This document shows positions 10,270 to 20,452 of a DNA stretch of 64,000 bases, in pieces. The DNA comes from Candidatus Moanibacter sp. (lineage in GTDB: Bacteria; Verrucomicrobiota; Verrucomicrobiia; Opitutales; UBA2987). Under the pieces are notes generated by a model. It did no database searches. It had not been told where the DNA came from and saw nothing but the letters and a program-made list of their open reading frames with translations. The stretch's first letter is position 1, and every line of letters begins with the position of its first letter. The stretch is taken from NCBI GenBank assembly GCA_965215885.1, contig CBDCEW010000094.1, positions 1 to 64,000 on the forward strand, given 5' to 3'. The position numbers were made by a program, and so were the translations under genes.

Positions 10270-11790
10270 TCAATTCGTTTTCATCCGCGTCCATTTGCGT
10301 GCATCTGCGGTTCTCTTCTTCTTTTTTGGTTGCGGCGCACTGCGCCCGGACTTCCGAAATTCATCTAACTGTGTCTCTAATTCGTCGACAATATCAGGGT
10401 GCTCGAAATACAAATTCGTGGTTTCACCCGGATCGGTCTCCAGATTATAAAGTTGCCCCGGTGCATTCTGGGCCATTTCAGGAAGCGCATAGGGTTTGAG
10501 TGTACCCTTATCGTAGTCGTTTCCTCCCGACCCCTGGTGGTCGAGAAACTTCCACTTGCCGCGCCGTATCGCGAGATCGAGCCGGACCGTCTGATGCAAT
10601 GTGTGACGGCGAACCGGCTCCCCTTCCATTGTCTTACCGAAGATGGCGGGCGAAATATCAAAACTGTCTTCGGCTGCATCATTTGGCAATTGCACGCCTG
10701 TGATTCCCGCACAAGTCGCCATGATATCACAGAGACATACCGTCTGATCGCTTGTGCTCCCCGCTTCGATCTGCCCAGGCCACCGCACAACAAAAGGCAC
10801 ACGGTGCCCGCCCTCCCACTGGTCCCGTTTCATCCCACGCCATGGTCTCGCCCCATCGTGACGGTAATCTTTACGCATATTCACAACACTGGTCACCTCG
10901 GGACCGTTATCGCTGGTCACCATCACAATGGTATTCTCAGCCATTCCCAGGCGATCGAGAGTATTGAGAAGTTCGCCCACAACGTGATCGAATTCGAAAA
11001 TAAAATCGCCGTGCGGCCCAGCGTTGGTTTTGCCCAGAAAGTCTTTACCTGGAAAAGAAGGCAAGTGAACACCTTGTGCAGAGTGGAAAAGGAAGAAGGG
11101 CTTTCCGGGAGATTCCTCCGCGTGGTTTTCAAGGAATCTCACGCTCTTATCCAAAAATATCATATCGATCTCTTCGAAATCAAAGTCGGGAGCGACCCAG
11201 CCGATGCGATTGTCTTTGGAATAGGGATGGTCAGGAAGAGGCGCGGTGTCGTGCAGCTTGGTGGGCGGCACGGGAATCTGATCGCCGTCGATGAAAGCAT
11301 AAAGAAAGTCGGTCGTGGGACAACAAGCAGTGCCGTAAAAGTGATCGAAACCACGATGAATCGGTGCGTCGGAAATGGCGCGCGTGTAGTCGATTCGCTC
11401 AATCGGATCAAAACCCTTCTCATTGATCGGCTGGCCATCCTTATCCAGAAAGGTTAGACCGACATGCCACTTGCCGAATAACGTCGTGGTGTAGCCCTGC
11501 TGACGAAGCATTCCCGGCAATGTGAGCCGTGATTCCTCAATCAGGCAAGGTCCACCCGCTCCCGTGAACACTCCGGGAAAGCCCGTGCGAAATTCCATTC
11601 TTCCGGTCAAGATGCTGTAGCGACTGGGCGTGCAGACCGTGGATGGACTGTGCGCGTCCGAGAAAAGCATACCCTCGGTCGCGAGCCGATCGATATTCGG
11701 TGTAGGGACCTGCGACTCTGGATTGTAACAGGCGATGTCACCATAGCCGAGGTCGTCAGCGAGAATGAAAAGAATGTTAGGCAGGTTCAT
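10270..11790 (-). CDS. Arylsulfatase (S1 sulfatase)
   Basis: PNILFILADDLG, CTPSR, GKWH, TSDNG, EGGHRVP, LYNLETDPGE. Confidence 0.95.
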   Translation of the reverse strand: MNLPNILFILADDLGYGDIACYNPESQVPTPNIDRLATEGMLFSDAHSPSTVCTPSRYSILTGRMEFRTGFPGVFTGAGGPCLIEESRLTLPGMLRQQGYTTTLFGKWHVGLTFLDKDGQPINEKGFDPIERIDYTRAISDAPIHRGFDHFYGTACCPTTDFLYAFIDGDQIPVPPTKLHDTAPLPDHPYSKDNRIGWVAPDFDFEEIDMIFLDKSVRFLENHAEESPGKPFFLFHSAQGVHLPSFPGKDFLGKTNAGPHGDFIFEFDHVVGELLNTLDRLGMAENTIVMVTSDNGPEVTSVVNMRKDYRHDGARPWRGMKRDQWEGGHRVPFVVRWPGQIEAGSTSDQTVCLCDIMATCAGITGVQLPNDAAEDSFDISPAIFGKTMEGEPVRRHTLHQTVRLDLAIRRGKWKFLDHQGSGGNDYDKGTLKPYALPEMAQNAPGQLYNLETDPGETTNLYFEHPDIVDELETQLDEFRKSGRSAPQPKKKKRTADARKWTRMKTN

Positions 11791-11832
11791 TTGTTTGCAT
11801 CGCTCACACCATCGCGCGCCTCTGCGATTCGG

Positions 11833-12924
11833 TCATAAGGAAGGCGCAACCCGTGCGCCGGCCTCGTCGGCATTTTGCAGAAGATCGACAGGCAAGTAGG
11901 CGTTGGCGGTATCCGGCAGTTCCGGTATGAAACAGTAGGAGGGGTCCCGCTTTTGATGCCTCAAAGTGGTAAAGATTTCACGCCAGGTGGCAAGGAGCCC
12001 ATGGGAAGCGATCGGGAGGTCGCCCTCGATGGCCTTCCGCAGCTTTGGAAGGTTGTAGAAGGGAATCGCTGCGTACATGTGGTGCTCTACATGGTAGTTC
12101 ATATTCCAGTAGAAAAAGCGCACGATCGGGCCGCCGAGATAGGTCCTCGTGCTCTGCCGCCAATCCGCCACATCCGATCGCATTCCCGCGTGCTGCGGCA
12201 TGTGGGTCAAAATTACAAACCACCTGGCGGTAAACGGAGCAAAGGTGACGAGGAACAGTAGAATCCAGTTGCCCGAGAGGACATAGAGAAGGGCGAGCGC
12301 CGTATGGCCCGCCAGCATGACTCTTGCCCAGTTGACGAGCTTTCTTACCTCCGCCGGATCCGTCTCGGGGAAAATCCGTTTATCCCATTTCCCATGGAGT
12401 ATGGTATCGCGGTCACGCCCGAAGGCCTGTCTGGCCAACGTGGAAAAGACGCGTTTGATGGCCTCGATATTGATGGTGAAGCCCTGCACCCATCGGGGCC
12501 AGCTCAGGTCCTGAGGAAGGATGACCTCCAGGTCGAGGTCGTCGTGAAGGGTGTATTTGTGGTGACCCGCGTGACTGTGCCTGAAATGGATGAAGTTGAA
12601 CCAAGTCAGGAAACCGTTGAGACGGATGAAGAACTCGTTTAAGGCCTTCGTCTTGAACACCGTCCGGTGGGATAACTCATGCCCTCCTGTGCCGCTACCG
12701 AAGAACCCGTAAAAAGAGCAGTGGAAATAGACCGCCGCCGCAACCCAGGGCCATGATAGATGATGAAACGCCCAAAGGGCGAAGGCTCCGGTCGCAGCCG
12801 AGAAACCAAGCTGCCCTACGGTGTGCATAAGGGGCAGCAAATCCTTCTTCTTGGAGAGTTCGGCAAGAAGCCGGTTATCGATCGGGGAACGGTGCCAATC
12901 CAGGCGTTTTAGCGCGTTTGCCAT
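11833..12924 (-). CDS. Membrane fatty acid desaturase family protein
   Basis: His boxes HELSH, HSHAGHH, HVEHH; hydrophobic segments. Confidence 0.9.
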   Translation of the reverse strand: MANALKRLDWHRSPIDNRLLAELSKKKDLLPLMHTVGQLGFSAATGAFALWAFHHLSWPWVAAAVYFHCSFYGFFGSGTGGHELSHRTVFKTKALNEFFIRLNGFLTWFNFIHFRHSHAGHHKYTLHDDLDLEVILPQDLSWPRWVQGFTINIEAIKRVFSTLARQAFGRDRDTILHGKWDKRIFPETDPAEVRKLVNWARVMLAGHTALALLYVLSGNWILLFLVTFAPFTARWFVILTHMPQHAGMRSDVADWRQSTRTYLGGPIVRFFYWNMNYHVEHHMYAAIPFYNLPKLRKAIEGDLPIASHGLLATWREIFTTLRHQKRDPSYCFIPELPDTANAYLPVDLLQNADEAGARVAPSL

Positions 12925-13198
12925 ATGCGATTAAATGGACTGCATGCCTGCTTTCTATGGTCGATCGTGCGGATACCTCAAGCCAATTTGTGGATCCTGG
13001 TCTGTCGCGCCCCCGGCGCGCTGTCCTTTGCGGGTTCGACAGGCTCACCGCAGGCCGGATCAAACAGGAGTGAAACTACTACGGCATCCAAGATCGAACT
13101 CTCGTTGCACTTTAGACGCAAGACATTGAGCTACAGGCACTAAACCAATTGACAGAACGTCTAACGTGGCGAGTCCAGATTCGGGTTTCTCGCATTCG

Positions 13199-13295
13199 GA
13201 AATCCCCCGGCCTCGCGCCGGGGATTCTTAGGTTCCCGGCTACAATGCCTGGGCCCTCCCTTGGGAGATCCTCCGGGCTTGACCCGGAGAGCCTC
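13199..13295. repeat. Pair of GC-rich hairpins resembling IS200/IS605-type end or REP structures
   Basis: AATCCCCCGGCCTCGCGCCGGGGATT and CTCCGGGCTTGACCCGGAG. Confidence 0.45.
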
Positions 13296-13398
13296 AGGTT
13301 TCCCGCTCGTTCGCTTCCCGAAAAGGATACGTTGCGAACGGCGCGCAAACCTGTAAGTACATTGAAATTTCACACGGGCATAAATCTGGAAGGAGTGA

Positions 13399-14856
13399 AT
13401 GACAATGGGAATTAACAATCTCCTGTTCATCTATACCGACGAACAGGCGCCTGACACGCTGGCGGCCTACGGCAACCGGCTCATTCAAATGCCGAATCTT
13501 AATCGTCTTGCCGAAAAGGGAACGGTATTCGAAAAGGCCTACGTCAGTCAACCGGTCTGCACCCCGAGCCGTTCCACCCTGCTTACCGGACTCTGGCCGC
13601 ACCAGAGCGGGGTGACGGAAAACAACATTCCCCTTGACCCGGAGATCCCCTGCTTGCCCGAGATGCTCGACACGGACCGCCACGCGACGGCGCACTACGG
13701 CAAGTGGCACCTCGGCGATGAGATATTCGCACAGCACGGGTTTGAGGAATGGCGGGGAATCGACGATGGCTACGCGAAGCGCTACCGCGATCCTGAAAGA
13801 CAGAACGAGGTTTCGGAATACCATCGCTGGCTGGTCGGCCGCGGCCGGACGCCGTCAAACGGTAAACGGTTCGGGCGAGACCAGGCCGCGCGCTTTCCCG
13901 AATACCTCGGCAAGCCCGCCTATCTCGCCAACGAAGCCTGTGACTTTCTGCGCCGCAACCGCGACAACCCGTTTATTCTCTACGTGAATTTTCTGGAGCC
14001 GCATATGCCCTATTTTGGCCCTCGAGACGGTCAGCACGATCCCGAGCAGATCCCGTTGCCGGCAAACTTTCATAACCCGCCGGGTGCAGACCAACCGCTG
14101 AAGCTCCGCGTTTTTTGCGAGGCCTATCGCGATAAAGGCCACAGCGGGTACCCTCTAAAAACGGAAAGCGACTGGCGGGAGATGATCGCCCGCTATTGGG
14201 GTCTGTGCAGCCTCGTCGATACTCATGTCGGCCGAATTTTGTCCACGCTGGAGGAACTGGGATTGGACGAGAATACGATCGTGGTCTTCACCTCAGACCA
14301 TGGCGACATGATGGGCAGCCATCAGTTACTGGCCAAATGCGTCATGTACGAAGAGGCCGTGAGGGTGCCGTGGATCGTCCGCCTGCCCGGACAGAACGAG
14401 GGGCGCCGGGTGCGTGGTCCGGTCAGTCAGATCGATATGGTTCCAACGCTCCTTGACTTGCTTGGGGCCGATGTGCCGGAGCGCCTGCCGGGCCGGAGCC
14501 GGGCTGCATGGTTGCGCGATGATGGACCGACGGAGCTGGATGAGGATGTGTTCATTGAATGGAATGGACCGAATACGGGTATCGTGGGAGAGGCGCCGGA
14601 GCGATTCGTCGTGCCCGAATCCCTCCTGGAGGAAGTGACCCCGGAAGAATTGAGGAATTCCGTAACCGATCCGATCCGCACCCTCGTCACGCCGGATGGA
14701 TGGAAATTCAATCGGAGCAGCCGTGGCGATCACGAACTCTTCAACTTGACCGACGATCCGGGCGAAACGCGAAACCTCGCCTCCGATCCCGCGCACGGTG
14801 AACGCATGCGCGAGCTGAGCGCTCGTATTGATGTTTGGGAAGCTGGTGTGAGGTAA
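13399..14856 (+). CDS. Sulfatase (S1, choline-sulfatase-like)
   Basis: NLLFIYTDEQ, CTPSR, GKWH, TSDHG; RBS AAGGAG. Confidence 0.95.
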   Translation: MTMGINNLLFIYTDEQAPDTLAAYGNRLIQMPNLNRLAEKGTVFEKAYVSQPVCTPSRSTLLTGLWPHQSGVTENNIPLDPEIPCLPEMLDTDRHATAHYGKWHLGDEIFAQHGFEEWRGIDDGYAKRYRDPERQNEVSEYHRWLVGRGRTPSNGKRFGRDQAARFPEYLGKPAYLANEACDFLRRNRDNPFILYVNFLEPHMPYFGPRDGQHDPEQIPLPANFHNPPGADQPLKLRVFCEAYRDKGHSGYPLKTESDWREMIARYWGLCSLVDTHVGRILSTLEELGLDENTIVVFTSDHGDMMGSHQLLAKCVMYEEAVRVPWIVRLPGQNEGRRVRGPVSQIDMVPTLLDLLGADVPERLPGRSRAAWLRDDGPTELDEDVFIEWNGPNTGIVGEAPERFVVPESLLEEVTPEELRNSVTDPIRTLVTPDGWKFNRSSRGDHELFNLTDDPGETRNLASDPAHGERMRELSARIDVWEAGVR

Positions 14857-15244
14857 TGGAGCTCCTAGCCCGCAAATTTCACAAGCCATCTGCTCCAACT
14901 GCGGATGTCACAGCGCCTCAAGGACTTCCCTCGTCCGCCGACTTCCACGTATTCCAACACGCCGTCACCCGCCGGACTTTGGTAAGCCCTTGATCCGCGG
15001 CAACCTCCGCAGTCTCGCTACGAAGTGTGTGAAATATGCGGGCTAGCGCAGCCGAGCCGCCCTGCGACTGGCTCAGGGCCCTGAGGCTCTCGAACGGGCA
15101 ACCAAAAAAGAAGAAGAGAACCGGTCTGCCGTACGGCAGACCACTGGAGTTTGGCCTTTTACTAGATATATTGCTCCCTTATTCCCCTTTTTTCTTCAAA
15201 AGCAAGTATTTAGCTTGACTGTGATCTAGTTATGTAACTAGATC

Positions 15245-15460
15245 ATGGCCCAAGGGATTCCCAACTAAAGTTCAACTCATCAGGCGCAAGCGTAGCGAAC
15301 AGTGGTATATCAATCTGCCTTCGGCGGTAGCTCAGGCGATGGAGTTTGGCAAAGGAGAGATGGTGGAGTGGATTATTGCCGACAAAGGCCATATGATCCT
15401 GGCCCGATCCAATGCCCCTCCCAATCCGGTGGGTGTAAAAAAACGGCTCCTCACTTCTAG
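15245..15460 (+). pseudogene. Small orfA of the IS, AbrB/SpoVT-like; start disrupted by an apparent indel
   Basis: GFPTKVQLIRRKRSEQWYINLPSAVAQAMEFGKGEMVEW; the nearby ATG is out of frame by one base at the GGG run. Confidence 0.5.
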
Positions 15461-16868
15461 AAGCCTTGGAAGGTATCATTGGATCGTGTGCCAAAGCCTG
15501 CTCCACAACAAGCTGCTTCAATCGCTTCAGAGAGCACACCTTGTGCACCCTTCTGTGCCTGGGCAGGCGTACTGTCACTGGAATCATCACGACGGGCGGA
15601 CGCCAATACGAGGATTGGAGCGCACACTACAGGATGTATTCGAAGAGCAGAGTCGACCCTGATGAGTGCTTCGCGGTTATCCGTGAGAAGATCGAGCGAT
15701 GCTTCCGCCCGATAGGCCCATGGTCGTAGCACTTGACGACACCCTACGGCAAAAAAGTGGAACTCGTATCCACGGAGTGGGCTGGCGCAGAGATCCCCTC
15801 GGTCCCAAATTCCAAGTTAACCTCGTGCTCGCCCAGCGATTCATCCAACTTTCCGCCGCCCTTGCCGCAGAGGACGGTTCGGCCCGCATGATTCCTATTG
15901 ATCTGACCCATGCGCCCTCCGCGCGCAAGCCGGGGGCAAAAGCCACACAGGAGCAGGTCCAATGCTATAAAGAGAGCAAAAAGCAGCTCAAACTCAATCG
16001 ACAGGCAATAGAGCGCGTTGCACTGCTCAGAGACTCTATGGAGGTCGAACGCGAACTGATCGTCGTGGCCGACGGCAGCTATACCAATGGAGACTTCCTC
16101 AAGGCTCTGCCCGAACGCACCACCATGACCGGGCGCATCCGCAAGGACGCTACGCTTTGCAAAATGCCCGGGCAGGCGCCCAAAACCGGACGCCGACCAA
16201 GCTACGGGCCAGAGATTCCCACGCCCGAACAGATTCGCAAGGACCAGGAAGTGCCGTGGGAATATGTGGAGGCCTTCGCGGCCGGTAAGCGCCACCGCTT
16301 TAAGGTCAAGAGGGTGAAGGATCTTTTGTGGCGCAAGAGCGGAGCAAAACGCCCTTTGCAGCTTTTGATCATTGCTCCGCTCCGATACCGGCTTCAGAAG
16401 AAGGCAAAGTTGCTCTACAGAAAGCCCGCTTACCTGATTTGCACCGATCCCCAATTAGCGCTTGAAGAGTTTCTCCAATACTATCTTTGGCGCTGGCAGA
16501 TAGAGCCCAACTTCCGCGATGAGAAGACCCTCTTAGGCATGGGCGAGGCCCAGGTCAGGACCGAAGCGTCCAACAGAAACCTTCCCGCCCTCAACGTGGC
16601 AGCCTACTCGATGTTGTGGCTGGCCTCCTACCAATCCGATCCCAAGCGCCATCAACAAGGCATCTTCGAGCCGGCCAAGTGGCGCACCGATAAACGTTCC
16701 ATGCAGGGCCCAACCACATCAGACTTACTGCAGCAACTCAGATACGAGACTTGGGCGGGCAGTCTGCGACCATCGAGTTTCTCCCACTTCGTTGATCCTA
16801 AAAGTGGTACCCACAAGTCGGAGAAACTCAGCCCCCATCTTGCCAGCTCCCTCTTTCAAGCCGCTTAA
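15439..16868 (+). pseudogene. DDE transposase split by a frameshift near 15698
   Basis: N-part LLCLGRRTVTG...DWSAHYR (15466 frame); C-part VVALDDT, VVADGSY, WRWQIEPNFRDEK (15699-16868). Confidence 0.75.
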
Positions 16869-17175
16869 GAATTAACTCGTAGTTTCTACGTGACTCGAAA
16901 CGGGCCAAACTCCAGCGGTCTGCCGTACGGCAGACCACGCAGATGGACGCGAATGCAGGAGGAAACTCCTACTTCCCTTGGGTAACCTCGTCGCGAATCC
17001 CGCCGAGCGGGATCCCAAACCTTGCCTGCCTCGGCAAAGCGCAGCGACGACGGGTCGACTGCAGTTTATTGAATACCAAACTCTTCTACGCAAAAACTTG
17101 CTAGAAAAACAAGGTTCTGCCGGATTGTAATACAAATTCAATTACTATCAAATCGGCAATTGAGTAGTAGCCCCT

Positions 17176-17290
17176 TGTCACCGCGAGCCGACCGAAGGGA
17201 GGCGCTGCGATCCAGGTAAAGGCAACGGCACACTTTCCAAATTCTCGGTCTGCCGTACGGCAGACCCGTGCGGCAGACCTCGCAATGACA
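17176..17290. repeat. TGTCAYCGCGAG...CTCGCAATGACA palindromic repeat
   Basis: Homologous copy 44869-44979; right half at about 42136-42169. Confidence 0.7.
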
Positions 17291-17382
17291 GTTTGTTAGT
17301 ATTCGGTGTCCGGCGCCGTAGACGCGCCCAATGAGCGCTGACCCTTACCGGATCTTGCAGCAGTGAAAAACTGACTCAACCT

Positions 17383-17462
17383 ACCCCTGTCCCCTCCCAG
17401 GAGGGGATCTTTTCGCTCAGGAGTTCGTTCACGAAGTTCCCCTCCTGGGAGGGGACAGGGGT
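17383..17462. repeat. Perfect 25-bp inverted repeat (REP-like)
   Basis: ACCCCTGTCCCCTCCCAGGAGGGGA (17383-17407) and its revcomp (17438-17462). Confidence 0.8.
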
Positions 17463-17592
17463 GGGTTTGTTCCAAGACGGCTTCTACGTCCATTAAACGT
17501 TAGCCCATCGCCGCAAACCCGCTCTGTCATACGGCCGATACGTGTCACATCTAAGCTTCGAGGAAAGTCCGATGGACGGTTTGCTGAGCGGA

Positions 17593-18333
17593 CTAACGCA
17601 GATGACTATTCGCCGCGTGCGGCGCGCCCAATCCATTCGTCATCCGCATAAGCTGCTTTTGACGGTCGGTCAGTTCATCGAACCACTCTTCCGGAAAACC
17701 GTCGTGCGGATCCAACTGGAAGATACACATTTCCTTGCGGTAGTGGCCGAATAAAGCGTGGCGACTTTTTTTGCCGGTATTCTTCCCGCCACCGTGCCAG
17801 GTCTGGCCGTTGAATACCAGAACGCTGCCGATCGGCGCGACTGCCTCCACCATATATTTCAGTTCCAGCCCCTCCGGCGGCAGCGCCCAGCCTGACTTAT
17901 GGCTCCCGGGAACGCAACGCGTGGCACCGATCTCGGAGGTAAACTCGTCCAGCATCCAGACGGTATTCATCATAACCGGGGAATCCCTGTTCAGCATCAC
18001 CTTGGGAATGTCGCCGTGCAATTCCTGGTAACCGTCGCCGGGCCGCACGATTCGGGAGTTTAAACTGCCCAGGATCATTGATTCACCCAGAAAGTGCTCC
18101 AGGATTGGGAGCGTGCGCGGGTGATCGATGGTCTTGTGGAAGACCCGATCGAGCACCGGAAGGTTGGAGACGTGACGGGCTGATCCGCGATGCGTATGTG
18201 CTTCGCCGACCTCCCGCTCGCAGCGGATCAGGGCTTCCCGCATTGCGTCCGCTTCGACTTCGGTCAGGACACGTTCCAGAATTGTGAAACCGTAGACATC
18301 GATTTCCAGGATTGCTTTTTCTTTTTCTGTCAT
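17593..18333 (-). CDS. PhyH-family dioxygenase
   Basis: GFTILERVL, LHGD, WMLDEFT, ATRCVPGSH, WHGG. Confidence 0.9.
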   Translation of the reverse strand: MTEKEKAILEIDVYGFTILERVLTEVEADAMREALIRCEREVGEAHTHRGSARHVSNLPVLDRVFHKTIDHPRTLPILEHFLGESMILGSLNSRIVRPGDGYQELHGDIPKVMLNRDSPVMMNTVWMLDEFTSEIGATRCVPGSHKSGWALPPEGLELKYMVEAVAPIGSVLVFNGQTWHGGGKNTGKKSRHALFGHYRKEMCIFQLDPHDGFPEEWFDELTDRQKQLMRMTNGLGAPHAANSHLR

Positions 18334-18420
18334 GGGAAGCCGCTTCAAAGACGCGAAGAAAATGTAAGATAGATTCGCATGGTTTCGCAAGTGGCTGTTT
18401 CATGATTTGCAGTTTTTTCG

Positions 18421-18520
18421 ATCGCGGGATAAACCCACTCCTACAACCCCTCGCGGGTGGCCGGGCTGGTTTGGAACACTTGGTGACCACCAGGCTGTAG
18501 GAGCGGCTTTATGCCGCGAT
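18421..18520. repeat. Oppositely oriented pair of GTAG-type REPs
   Basis: ATCGCGGGATAAACCCACTCCTAC (18421-18444) and GTAGGAGCGGCTTTATGCCGCGAT (18497-18520). Confidence 0.65.
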
Positions 18521-18537
18521 GTAGACTATTCAGGGGG

Positions 18538-19410
18538 CTAAAGATCTCCTGAGAATCTCTCGAATTCCGCTTCGATGTACGCGTCCCCAGGATCCGTATC
18601 AGTGAGAAGGATACCATAGCGAAGACGCAGAGTATCGTTCTCAGGCACCTCGAGATCCTCTTCCATCAGGAATGCCGCGCCTAGGAGATTTTTTCGGGTG
18701 AACCATTGCGCGGGGTGGCGGGGGTTCGAGGGGTGGTCGAGCATCGCCACGGCTCCGCCGTTGTCACCGTTGGCGATGCACCAGCGGCCGCGGGATTTCA
18801 TGGTTTTCTCGTGATGCTCAATACCTTCGCTGGTGCGATGATGGGCCTCGGAGAATTCCGGCCCCATTCTCAATTCAAGTCCGCTGTAGCGAGCGGCTCG
18901 GGATGCGCCGAGTATTAAGTCTGTTGCTTCGGGCGTGATATCTGATCGCAAGGTCCAGATCGATCCGGGTCTGTCGGTAAGCTTCTTGAATCGCATCGTT
19001 CTGACTTCGGTGGCCATGACTTTGTCGTCGCCGTCGCGCCAGGTCAGTCGTTCAACAACTTCGATTCCGTCATCTGCACTCGATATCCTCTCGAATTTCT
19101 CATGCGCCTGTCTGCCGTGAGTTCCCGGATAGTATTCATATTTGTCGACATCAGGATAATACCAGGGTCCGCCCCAGAGATTAGCGTCCTTGACGTGGAC
19201 CCAGCCGTAATAAAGACCGGTATGCCAGGCGTGATCCGCCGGACGGTACTCTGTGACCAGACCCCCCGACGGTGTGTAAATAGGCGCAAAACAGGGTTTG
19301 GGTGACTCAGTGCGCGGCAATTCCTCTCGTGCCCGATATAGAGTCACCAATTGATTCCCATCGTGGATTTCGAAACCGAGACAATTCTCCTGCAGTTCCA
19401 GCGTAGTCAT
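18538..19410 (-). CDS. DUF6807 / PmoA-like family protein (often near sugar catabolism genes)
   Basis: KPCFAPIYTPSG, PADHAWHTGL, YSGLELRM, LDHPSNPRHP. Confidence 0.7.
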   Translation of the reverse strand: MTTLELQENCLGFEIHDGNQLVTLYRAREELPRTESPKPCFAPIYTPSGGLVTEYRPADHAWHTGLYYGWVHVKDANLWGGPWYYPDVDKYEYYPGTHGRQAHEKFERISSADDGIEVVERLTWRDGDDKVMATEVRTMRFKKLTDRPGSIWTLRSDITPEATDLILGASRAARYSGLELRMGPEFSEAHHRTSEGIEHHEKTMKSRGRWCIANGDNGGAVAMLDHPSNPRHPAQWFTRKNLLGAAFLMEEDLEVPENDTLRLRYGILLTDTDPGDAYIEAEFERFSGDL

Positions 19411-19503
19411 ATTCTTAAGTTTTCCTCACATCACACTACTGATTGATGCATAGTCAGGTTAGAATGACCGACAGTTTGGATATATGGCAGCCATTGTCAA
19501 AAT

Positions 19504-19604
19504 CTAGGAATCTGTCGGTCCAAGCATTCGGAATTCGCGGATATAATTCGCTATCCGTGAGTGATTTTGCATTTCGGGAGATTCGACCACCGACATATTC
19601 CTAG
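19504..19604. mobile_element. CTAG-flanked MITE-like element, module A
   Basis: CTAG-GAATCTGTCGGT ... ACCGACATATTC-CTAG. Confidence 0.65.
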
Positions 19605-20082
19605 TCGCTCTGCCGAGCGGCAGAGCGGGGATTCAATCGAATCGAGCGAAAGCTCCTCCCAGTTCATCTTTATGCCACTTTCACTACCCAATTTGTTAAA
19701 CAGACGCTTGAAGCTCCGATGAGGGCTTGTTCGTTCGCGGTCCCGTTTGGCGGGACGCTCCTACATCTCTCGATGGAGTTCCGCCTGTAACGGTATGTCC
19801 GAGACGGAAGGCTCCATGGCTGACCTGTCTACCCGTCCATAACTTGATGGTACACTGCACTACGCTCCACTATCTCCATTCTAGAGTTTTATATGGGAAT
19901 CGTAGGGGGTCGGGAATCGTAGGGGGCAGACTGCGAGGTCTTTGATTTTCGTCACCGCTCATGGAGCTTTGCATTCTGCCATTGCGGAATCGATCCGCGT
20001 GCCAGTCATCTCACGATGCAGGAGAAGTGAAGCTGGACCTGTCACGGCGAAGGAAAAGCGAGACCGGTTCGGCATCGTCCCT

Positions 20083-20178
20083 CTAGCCCGCTTTTCTCAC
20101 AAATATACGAGAACGCGATCACGACGGAACGATATCTCTCGACTCGCAGTTACTGAACGGCCAGGAAAAGCGGGCTAG
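20083..20178. mobile_element. CTAG-flanked MITE-like element (different TIR)
   Basis: CTAG-CCCGCTTTTC ... GAAAAGCGGG-CTAG. Confidence 0.55.
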
Positions 20179-20452
20179 GCGGGATCGGACAACGGAGTCG
20201 GGTCGGTGCTTTCGATAGGTGGTTTGGGCGCTATCGCAGATCTGCCGTTGGAAGGCACGGAAGAGTTCCAAAAGACGCATCTTAGGACAACAATCCGCCT
20301 GGCGGGTAAATGGCTTATTGAGCACGTCGCTTTTATCCAGTGGCCTCAAGGCCCTTTCCCAATCAAAGAAATCGCAGTCTGACCCTATACGCCCCCTATT
20401 GATCGTCGCGCTCAAGGAGTATGCATCATTACTTCCGACGAAATATCGAGTA

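Larger units (their letters stand above)
15144..16915 (+). mobile_element. IS701-like (DDE superfamily) element with 13-bp perfect TIRs, flanked by a 22-bp direct repeat
   Basis: CTGGAGTTTGGCC (15144-15156) / GGCCAAACTCCAG (16903-16915); CGGTCTGCCGTACGGCAGACCA at 15122-15143 and 16916-16937. Confidence 0.9.
15043..17129 (+). repeat. Copy of dispersed repeat A (GCCGCAACCAAAAAAGAAGAAGAGAACC...) split by an IS and four short insertions
   Basis: Flanks align with the uninterrupted copy 38908-39098 and with 21987-22090. Confidence 0.8.

Noticed and set aside
18538..19410. Methane monooxygenase subunit
   Set aside because: Soluble-looking protein with no pmoB/pmoC; the PmoA-like family label does not imply methane oxidation
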